From assembly GCA_964647595.1 (NCBI GenBank), contig CAZYGH010000015.1, positions 1 to 64,000 on the forward strand: DNA of 64,000 nt. The letters are read 5' to 3'. Position 1 is the first letter of the stretch, and each line of letters begins with the position of its first letter. Shown here in pieces: positions 57,701 through 64,000 of the stretch. Below the pieces are notes generated by a model. The model was not told the origin of the DNA. It worked only from the letters and a program-made list of their open reading frames with translations, and ran no database searches. Position numbers and translations under genes: made by a program. This stretch comes from an uncultured Verrucomicrobiota bacterium. GTDB taxonomy: Bacteria; Verrucomicrobiota; Kiritimatiellia; CAIQIC01; Lenti-01.

Positions 57701-58279
57701 GTTCTTCTGCGACTCCAACCCGTGATCCTGCAGCTCGAGATAGAAATGATCCTTCCCCAAAATCTCGGAATACTCCCCCGCCAATTGAAACGCCTTGTCC
57801 TCCAGGCCATCGCTCAACGCCTCGGCCACTTCCCCCTTCAAGCACGCCGACAGCCCAATCAAGCCCTCGTGATATTCCGCCAACAGCGGCCGATCAATGC
57901 GCGGCTTGTAATAATATCCGTCCAGATGCGCCTTGCTCACGAGCTTGATCAAATTTTCAAATCCGCGCTCATTCTCCGCCAGCAGCACCAAATGATTCGC
58001 CTGCCGCCCATTCACCAGCGTTTTTTCGCGATGGCTCCCCGCCGTCACATAAATCTCGCACCCCATCAGCGGCTTAATGCCATGCTTGCGCGCCGCCTTG
58101 TAGAAATGCACCGCCCCATACAAATTCCCGTGGTCGGTGATCGCCATCGCCACCTGCCCCAACTTCCGCGCTTGATCCATCAGCGGGCTATGATGCTTTT
58201 CACCCCGATCCAACGCACACATCCCATCCAACACGCTGTACTCGGTATGCAAATGCAAATGGGCAAATTTGGGTTCCAC
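54707..58279 (-). CDS. dnaE: DNA polymerase III alpha subunit
   Basis: 1190 aa with PHP domain N-terminus (FAHLHLHTEYSVLDG), polymerase core and OB fold. Confidence 0.97.
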   Translation of the reverse strand: MEPKFAHLHLHTEYSVLDGMCALDRGEKHHSPLMDQARKLGQVAMAITDHGNLYGAVHFYKAARKHGIKPLMGCEIYVTAGSHREKTLVNGRQANHLVLLAENERGFENLIKLVSKAHLDGYYYKPRIDRPLLAEYHEGLIGLSACLKGEVAEALSDGLEDKAFQLAGEYSEILGKDHFYLELQDHGLESQKNVNRKMVELARKMGLPLVATNDVHYLEESHSVPHEMLLCLQTQAKWNETDRMNYGSNQFFLKSEEEMRHLFRELPESIENTWKIAERCNVELALGGQKNPHFPNYKCPDGLTHKLYLTKIAAEGVRRHFGVEDIEHPKDDREKVISTRFFHELAVIEKTGFLNYFLVVWDFIHAAKQMGIPVGPGRGSGAGSLIAFAVGITGIDPLRYGLIFERFLNPDRVSPPDFDIDFCQARRGEVIEYVRQKYGMDSVAQIVTYGTLGAKTLIRDIGRALEFPLPECDKLAKMIPELPGTTLEKALKDSVDFAQACRTNEYAREIMKFAPPLEDMPRQTGTHAAGVVIGEKALIELIPLTKDKEGNVIAQWESGPLEEAGLLKMDFLGLKTLTVVREACENVKRTTGVEPDPDNLPLDDPKTYEMLARGDAVGVFQVESDGMRDLLRQLQINKIEELIALIALYRPGPMAMIPKFIARKHGREPIEYPHPLLEPVLNETYGIMIYQEQVQQAAFVLAGFSLGQGDILRRAMGKKKADEMAKQREAFTEGCVKKKTCSAAKAGQIFDQISEFASYGFNKSHSAAYGIVTFQTAYLKANHPVEFMAAMLSSEIGNTDKLPVLVADVQKMGISVLPPDVNESGLRFTPVKGAIRYGLAGVKGVGSAAVEALVKEREANGPFKGLVNFCERIVNGDVNKKAIEALVKCGAFDFTGLMRGQLFGGIETAMGYAASVRKDKAAGQSSLFDLLGGDDVAGVVMTDKDLPAGEPWPQKQMLAFEKELIGFYISGHPLLACSWTLEKYNQCDAVGFATLSEKTRTRIGGLVVNAQKRFTKPKNEDESPRGMLSFRLDTLDGAISAIAFPEAFEKYGIYLQPDAAVMLCGSVRQDNGGGGNTLAVDEVYPIEEVPARFTLGLSLHVNVGTWTEQRMRSLKDVLRRHTGSTPVNICLLYPDNAKVYLRASDSLHVRVSEALVKECEKIVDGLYVGTVKQAGLRAPPEPKWKRRGGE

Positions 58280-58413
58280 AGTCCACTTTCTCCGGAAAAA
58301 CGATGCCCTTCCGTTCTAGCTCATCCCCCCCCCGAATCCAAGCCCTTTCCGTGTCGAGTCCTGATTTCCGTTCACGCGATTCTTTACAGTCCCTCCATCC
58401 TTCCCTATAGTCC

Positions 58414-60729
58414 GTGCACTTGCGTAGCATGAACGAAAAAACCATCCATGTTGAACTGCCCTCTTGGGCTTCTTTCGTGCTCCGGCTACTCCGGCGGCTT
58501 GCGTTCTCCTTGATCGTTCTTCTTTTCACCTTCACTCTTCTGGAACTCGTGGCGGCCTATTTCTTTCCAGGACGTTCCACTCGCTTCCTTGTGGAAGGGG
58601 AAGCCAACGGAAAACCGGTCTGGATGGATAATCAATTCTTCATGTACCGCTTTTTTGCAGAGCGCTTTGCCCACCCTCCCCTACCCATTGTAGCCTTAAA
58701 AACTCCAGAGCCCGGCACCTTGCGCGTCTGCTTGCTGGGTAGTTCAGAAGCGATGGGAGAACCCGATCCGTCCTTCGGTCTCGGACGCCAGATGGAACTC
58801 ATGCTCCAAAACCGCTACCCCGGACATCCCGTCGAAGTCATCCACATGGCGATCGATGGCGGAAATTCCCACGTCTTGCGGGAAGTCGCCCGCGATGTGG
58901 AGCGCCTTCATCCCAATGCCGTTATTATCCTAACCGGCAACGACGAAGTGGCAGGCCCCTATGGGCCCGCCTCCGGATTGGGCCGCTTCCATCATGGAGC
59001 CCAGCTGGCACGGTGGATGGTTCTCTTTTCCCGCACTCGCCTTTCTCAACTGTGCATCGCCAGCATCAACCGACTTTTCCCCGCTCGGGTCGACACCGAC
59101 GCATGGCGTAACCAAGAACCCATTACGCTCAAAGGTCGGCTATCACCTCAAGACCCTCGACTCGAATCGGCCTATCTTTCCTTTCAACAGAATCTTGAGG
59201 AAATCTTTCGACTGGCATCCCAGTTTTCACCCGTCGTCATTGCCTGCACCGTACCTGTCAATCTCCGCGATTGTGCCCCATTCGCCACGAGTTTCCAAAA
59301 AGACGAAGCCACCGCTCAAGAGGTCCGCGAAAAGTTGCGCGCCGCCCTTGCCGCAGAAGCCTCCACCAACCGCATCGACGCCACCCGACTTCTTTCGGAT
59401 GTGATTCGGCGCGACCCCACCCACGCCGAAGCCCTCTTTCGCGCGGCCCGAATGGCTCTGCAGGATAATCGCACGGCCGAAGCCACCGCCCTCTTCTCCC
59501 GCGCTCGCGATGCGGATGCCCTCCGATTGCGTGCCGATTCTCGAATCAACTCAATTCTCCGCGAATCTTCTGCCGCCGCTTCTGTTTCGCTTTTCGACGC
59601 TGAAGCTCTGTTTGCCATCCGTTCGCCCCAGGGAATTCCCGGACGCGAACTCTTTCTGGATCATATCCATTTCACGTTTGAGGCTCATCATCTGCTCGCC
59701 TCCTCCCTCATCGATCGCATGGAATTCCTCCACGCGTTCGAGCCCGAACCCACCGGTCCTGTCCCTAACTCCGAAACCCTCGCAGGCGACTTGCTCTACG
59801 ATCCTTGGGGCCGCGCTGCCCAGTTGGATTTTGTGATGGCTCAACTGTTGTCCCCCCCCTTCCGGCGCCAGTTGGATAACGCAGAAACCTTGGCCCTCCT
59901 TCATCAAGAAAAGCAACTCTTGGCCTCCCGCGTCGCCGCTATTTCACCCGCCAACACTCGGGCCATTTTTTCGCGACGCCAAAACAGTCGACCTGACGAT
60001 GCCTGGTTGGCCGCGCGAACCTCATGGTATTTGTTGAATGCCAACGACGCCCCCAACGCCGAAGATGCCGCTCAAACCGCATTCAACCATTGGCCCCATC
60101 GCTTGGATATTCGCGCCCTGCTAGCCCTGACCCGCGTCCATCAAGGCCAATCGGCTGAAAGCGGCATCGCCCTTCTCCGCCCCGCCCACTCCGACACCGG
60201 CTATTACGACATCAGCCTCTCGATCCAAATCGGCCGCGAACTCAACAAAACCAAACGCTATGCCGAAGCCCGCCCCTGGCTCGAGTATGCCCTCCAACGC
60301 GACGCATGGAACTCCGAATCCGCTATTGCCCTCGCCGAAACTCTCCACCGTCTGGATCAGGGCAGTCAAGCTGTTGAGGTTCTTCAAAACGCCATCTCCA
60401 AGAACCCCAAAAATCCTCTCCTCTGGGAAGAAATCGCCGCTCTCTATTGTCTCCAAGGCGACTGGGATATCGCCACCGAATGCTTTACAAAATCCGAAGA
60501 GATTGCGCCTTATCGTTATGAACGACTATTCAAGTGGGCCGACGCCCTCGTCCGTCTGCGTCAGTATGATCGCGCGGCCGAACCCATCCGCCGCTACCTA
60601 TCTGCCGTTCCCGAAGACCCCGATGGCGTAGCCCTACAAGCCCTCATTCAGGCCAACCGGCCCCAGAAGAAAGAGCCCGCCCCGGAAGCTCCGACCGATA
60701 AACCTTCCCGCAAGTTCCCTTGGGAATAG
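58414..60729 (+). CDS. SGNH/GDSL-hydrolase-like domain plus TPR-repeat protein
   Basis: N-terminal TM segment, VCLLGSSEAMG block, and C-terminal TPR-like helical repeats. Confidence 0.45.
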   Translation: MHLRSMNEKTIHVELPSWASFVLRLLRRLAFSLIVLLFTFTLLELVAAYFFPGRSTRFLVEGEANGKPVWMDNQFFMYRFFAERFAHPPLPIVALKTPEPGTLRVCLLGSSEAMGEPDPSFGLGRQMELMLQNRYPGHPVEVIHMAIDGGNSHVLREVARDVERLHPNAVIILTGNDEVAGPYGPASGLGRFHHGAQLARWMVLFSRTRLSQLCIASINRLFPARVDTDAWRNQEPITLKGRLSPQDPRLESAYLSFQQNLEEIFRLASQFSPVVIACTVPVNLRDCAPFATSFQKDEATAQEVREKLRAALAAEASTNRIDATRLLSDVIRRDPTHAEALFRAARMALQDNRTAEATALFSRARDADALRLRADSRINSILRESSAAASVSLFDAEALFAIRSPQGIPGRELFLDHIHFTFEAHHLLASSLIDRMEFLHAFEPEPTGPVPNSETLAGDLLYDPWGRAAQLDFVMAQLLSPPFRRQLDNAETLALLHQEKQLLASRVAAISPANTRAIFSRRQNSRPDDAWLAARTSWYLLNANDAPNAEDAAQTAFNHWPHRLDIRALLALTRVHQGQSAESGIALLRPAHSDTGYYDISLSIQIGRELNKTKRYAEARPWLEYALQRDAWNSESAIALAETLHRLDQGSQAVEVLQNAISKNPKNPLLWEEIAALYCLQGDWDIATECFTKSEEIAPYRYERLFKWADALVRLRQYDRAAEPIRRYLSAVPEDPDGVALQALIQANRPQKKEPAPEAPTDKPSRKFPWE

Positions 60730-60744
60730 GCGCTTTCCCACGGC

Positions 60745-61455
60745 TCATTCACCTTCTGCGCGAACCGTCCGCCGAAATCCGGTTTCCTTGGCCCTCCACA
60801 TCACATACGCCGTCATTGCATATGGCAACAGAAACAGCGTGCGCGCCTCGCTCGGCAAACCCGAAAGCTGAACCAGCACGGTTTCAGCCCCTGCCTCCAG
60901 CACGCCCGCGTGATAATATAGCCAAGCCAACGCACAAGCTGTGCATCCACTAAGCCACAGAACCATTCCCCATCCGGCCGTCGATTCGCGCCTCAAGGAA
61001 ACATCGCCCATCCATCGTGCGCTCTCACCCGCCAGTCGATTCAACTCCACCAACATCCCTGTCATCACAAGGATAAACACCCCCGAATTCACTGCAAAAA
61101 AGAGTTTCGTGGGCAGAACATTCCACCATACCAAAAACGGGCACAGAAAAATGGCCGCAAATCCCAACAGCGAAGTGCGACTGATCTGGCTCCGCCACCG
61201 GGCCGTCAGCTCCCCACACGCTCTCAACATCCAAAGCCCCACCACCAACGGCAGAAACGAAATCCAAAAGGCCACAATCCTCCAACGCACGGGCACATCC
61301 GACCGCATCGCTACGACATGCATCGCCGAAATCAGTAGTAGCCCCCAAAAAATACACGAAAATCCTCGCGACATCCGCAACCAGCGTGCCGTTCCACCGT
61401 TCACTCCTCCCGCGCCTGTCTCCGGCATCGGCGGTGGCCCATTCAATTCGTTCAT
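60745..61455 (-). CDS. Hypothetical polytopic membrane protein downstream of the glycosyltransferase pair
   Basis: Start taken at MNELNG (ORF extends to 61758 through a Gly-rich leader); about 5 TM helices; ATGA overlap with the upstream GT4 gene. Confidence 0.4.
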   Translation of the reverse strand: MNELNGPPPMPETGAGGVNGGTARWLRMSRGFSCIFWGLLLISAMHVVAMRSDVPVRWRIVAFWISFLPLVVGLWMLRACGELTARWRSQISRTSLLGFAAIFLCPFLVWWNVLPTKLFFAVNSGVFILVMTGMLVELNRLAGESARWMGDVSLRRESTAGWGMVLWLSGCTACALAWLYYHAGVLEAGAETVLVQLSGLPSEARTLFLLPYAMTAYVMWRAKETGFRRTVRAEGE

Positions 61456-62561
61456 CGTCCCTTGCCTTCCATCAATCGATTCATCTCCGCCCGCAACCCT
61501 TCCAAGAAGCGCTGCTCGCCAAACAGTTCCGCGTGTGCCCGAATGGCCGCCACATCCCACTCCACGCTCTCCGCGCGCGTCGCCGCCATCGCCAACGCCT
61601 CGGGCGTTTGCTCGCGAAAGAAAATACCCGTCTGCCCATCCTTCACGGTTTCCAACAATCCCCCTCGGCCAAATGCCAACACCGGTTTTCCACACGCCTG
61701 CGCCTCCAGCGGCACAATTCCAAAATCTTCCTCCCCCGGAAACACCAGAAAGCGACACCGCCGATACAGCTCGCGAATGCCCTCGTCCGGCACTCGCCCC
61801 AAAAATTCCACATTCGGCGCCGCCATTTTTTTCAGCGCCTCCAGTTCGGTTCCCACCCCCGCCACTTTCAACGGAAATCCCATCTGCGAATACGCCCGAA
61901 CCGCCAAATCCACCCGCTTGTACGGCACCAGAGCCGACACCACCACATCATAGCCGTCATGCCCCCCCCGCCCATCCGGCGTAAAAAACTGTGTTGCCAC
62001 CGGCGGATACACCACCCCCGCCTCGCGCCCATAAAATTTCTCAATGCGCGCCTTCACATATTGGCTAATCGCCACAAACCGATCCACTCGCGCACTCGCC
62101 CCCCGATCCCACTTTCGCAACCGCGAAAGCGCTACATCCAGCACCGCACGCTTAAGGCGGTTTCGCCCGAAATAATCTTCCTGCATCGACCACGCATACC
62201 GCATCGGCGTGAAGCAATAGCACAAATGCTTGGCCCCCTTGGACGGCACCAGCCCCTTCGCCACACAATGACTCGTGCTCAACACCAAGTCCGTCCCCTC
62301 CGGCACGCGGAAGGATTCCATCGCCATCGGAAACAGCGGCAAAAACCAGCGATAGGAATTCAAAAATCCTGGCACGCGCTGCAACCCCGACACATGTACG
62401 TTTCGATTCCGTATCGCCTCCGACACCATCTCGGGCCGATACAACAACGTATAAATCTCCGCCTGCGGAAACTCCTTGCAGATCAAGTCGAGACATCTCT
62501 CGCCCCCGCGCATGCCATTCAGCCAATCATGCGCCAACGCCACCGTCCAGTTGCGGCTCAT
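61452..62561 (-). CDS. Glycosyltransferase family 4
   Basis: Start MSRNWTVALAHDW at 62561 (ORF extends to 62894); GT4 C-terminal EDFGIVPLEAQACGKPVLAF motif. Confidence 0.8.
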   Translation of the reverse strand: MSRNWTVALAHDWLNGMRGGERCLDLICKEFPQAEIYTLLYRPEMVSEAIRNRNVHVSGLQRVPGFLNSYRWFLPLFPMAMESFRVPEGTDLVLSTSHCVAKGLVPSKGAKHLCYCFTPMRYAWSMQEDYFGRNRLKRAVLDVALSRLRKWDRGASARVDRFVAISQYVKARIEKFYGREAGVVYPPVATQFFTPDGRGGHDGYDVVVSALVPYKRVDLAVRAYSQMGFPLKVAGVGTELEALKKMAAPNVEFLGRVPDEGIRELYRRCRFLVFPGEEDFGIVPLEAQACGKPVLAFGRGGLLETVKDGQTGIFFREQTPEALAMAATRAESVEWDVAAIRAHAELFGEQRFLEGLRAEMNRLMEGKGR

Positions 62562-63817
62562 GAAATTTCTCCATCGATCCTCTTGCAAGACTCTGTCCCA
62601 ATCGGTCGGGACGGAGCCCGCCCCTCTGGAGGGACGACCTCCGTGTCGTCCGGGTTCGTTGTGCAAGAGTCTCCATAGAGCCGCAACACCGCCTCGGTAG
62701 CCGCCTGCCACGAAAACCCTTTCGCCTGCGCCAGCCCCGCCGCCCGTAACCGCGCCGCCGCCTCCGGCTTCGTCAACACCTCGCGTAGCGCCGCCGCCGC
62801 ACCCGCCACATCCTCCGGATCCACCAACCGCGCCGCCGCACCCGCCACCTCCGGCAAACTCGCCGCCGTGGAACACACCACCGGCGTCCCACACGCCATC
62901 GCCTCCAGCACCGGCAACCCGAATCCCTCATAGCGCGACAACAGCGCCAGTACATCCGCCTCCTGAACCGCCTTCAACAGCCCCGCATCATCCACATAAC
63001 CCGACCACTCCACGCGATCGGCCACTCCCAGCCGCCGCGCCGTATCCCCCGCCTCCGGATAGCGCACATCCGGCGACCCCACAATCCGCAACTGCGCATT
63101 CACGCCCCCCTCGCTCACCAGCCGCGCAAACGCCTCCACCAGCCCCACAACATTCTTGTACGGATCGCAACGCCCCACATAGAGCACCGTTTTCACCCCA
63201 CTCCGCACTGACGGTTTTTCACCACCCGGCACATACCGCGCATCCACCCCATCGGCCGCCACCACGATGCGCTCCTCTGGAATTCCCAGCCACTTCACCA
63301 TATCCCGCTTAGCCGATTGGCTCCCCGTCACCACCCCATCCACCCGACGCGCAATCTCGTTCATCAACGCCCGGTACACCGGAAAAAACCGCGTCTTCAA
63401 CGCGCGCGGCGTAAACTCCGGATGCACCAACGGAATCAAATCATGAATGTTGCAAATACACTTCGTCGCATGAGGCTTGCGCCTCGGAAACGCAGGCAGC
63501 GGCACCATAAAATTCGTGGAGTGGTACACATCAATCTGCTTCTCCCGTAGCCACCGCGCCACCGCAAACTGGCCACGCAAGCTAAAGACGCCATACGGCA
63601 ATTCTACAAACTCAAAATTCCCTTTCCCCGCCAACTCCGCCGTCTGCTCAATAAACGCCCGCCGCTCCCCATCGCGCACCAGCACCCAAAACTGAAAATC
63701 CCCTCCCCGTTTCCCCAGTTGCCGCAACAGTTCCAGCGTATAACGACCAATGCCGCTGAGTTCCCGAAAAACCCACCGCGCATCCACCGCAATTCGCCTC
63801 TTCTGAACTGAATTCAT
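62558..63817 (-). CDS. Glycosyltransferase family 4
   Basis: Start MNSVQKRRIAVDARW at 63817; EGFGLPVLEAMACGTPVVCS motif; 4-bp overlap with the downstream GT4. Confidence 0.8.
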   Translation of the reverse strand: MNSVQKRRIAVDARWVFRELSGIGRYTLELLRQLGKRGGDFQFWVLVRDGERRAFIEQTAELAGKGNFEFVELPYGVFSLRGQFAVARWLREKQIDVYHSTNFMVPLPAFPRRKPHATKCICNIHDLIPLVHPEFTPRALKTRFFPVYRALMNEIARRVDGVVTGSQSAKRDMVKWLGIPEERIVVAADGVDARYVPGGEKPSVRSGVKTVLYVGRCDPYKNVVGLVEAFARLVSEGGVNAQLRIVGSPDVRYPEAGDTARRLGVADRVEWSGYVDDAGLLKAVQEADVLALLSRYEGFGLPVLEAMACGTPVVCSTAASLPEVAGAAARLVDPEDVAGAAAALREVLTKPEAAARLRAAGLAQAKGFSWQAATEAVLRLYGDSCTTNPDDTEVVPPEGRAPSRPIGTESCKRIDGEIS

Positions 63818-63954
63818 CCCGCGCAGTCTAGTCACCCCCCTCCCCTCAATCCAGCCCATTCTCTTTTGATGAGTCTTTCAAAGTTGGATATTCACATCTT
63901 AAACCCCTCTCGCAAAGGACGCCAAGATCGCCAAGAAGTGAATCCACAACCTCT

Positions 63955-63998
63955 TCCTCTCAGTGAATCTCCGTGAACTCTGTGAGAGAAAAAATTCC
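63955..63998. repeat. Second copy of the TCACAGAG/CTCTGTGAGA element (truncated by the window end)
   Basis: CCTCTCAGTGAATCTCCGTGAACTCTGTGAGAGAAAAAATTCC parallels 51502-51535. Confidence 0.55.
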
Positions 63999-64000
63999 TT

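Noticed and set aside
61386-62678. 430-aa plus-strand ORF across the GT4 genes
   Set aside because: Antisense to two well-supported glycosyltransferase CDSs.

Overview
A 64-kb chromosomal segment, about 62% GC, from what looks like a Verrucomicrobia/Planctomycetes-type bacterium. That guess rests on the PEP-CTERM protein, the several prepilin-type pseudopilins and the dense gene packing with ATGA start/stop overlaps. Most of the window is housekeeping and envelope content: guaB, eno, metF-rfbD-rfbB, infA, a group-2-like sigma factor, dnaE, an Rrf2-ferredoxin-hcp nitrosative-stress cluster, a sugar-porter MFS, an RND efflux operon beside a PAS histidine kinase and LuxR-type regulator, a DevBCA-like ABC exporter, an AbiEi/AbiEii toxin-antitoxin pair, a NikR operon, three SPFH/band-7 proteins and a glycosyltransferase cluster. 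The best candidate for an unannotated system is a composite accessory region at about 39.9-47.7 kb. It starts with a duplicated 3' fragment of the downstream CoADR-rhodanese-TusA-DsrE gene. Next comes an IS element with perfect 25-bp terminal inverted repeats and an HUH (Y1) transposase, followed by a stranded C-terminal gene fragment. A pair of about 400-bp GC-rich repeats in inverted orientation then brackets a lower-GC cassette. The cassette holds an AT-rich two-gene module (zinc-ribbon membrane protein plus a 445-aa secreted acidic-repeat protein), a kexin-like S8 protease with a P-domain, and a PEP-CTERM protein. Three dispersed noncoding repeat families are visible: a 75-bp triple-palindrome element built on TTCCACAnnnTGGAA, a CTCTGTGAGA/TCACAGAG hairpin family, and a MITE-like nested-inverted-repeat element. 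There are also candidate operator palindromes in front of abiEi and the Rrf2 gene. No rRNA, tRNA or CRISPR array was recognised. All calls come from reading the sequence and translations; no database searches were run.
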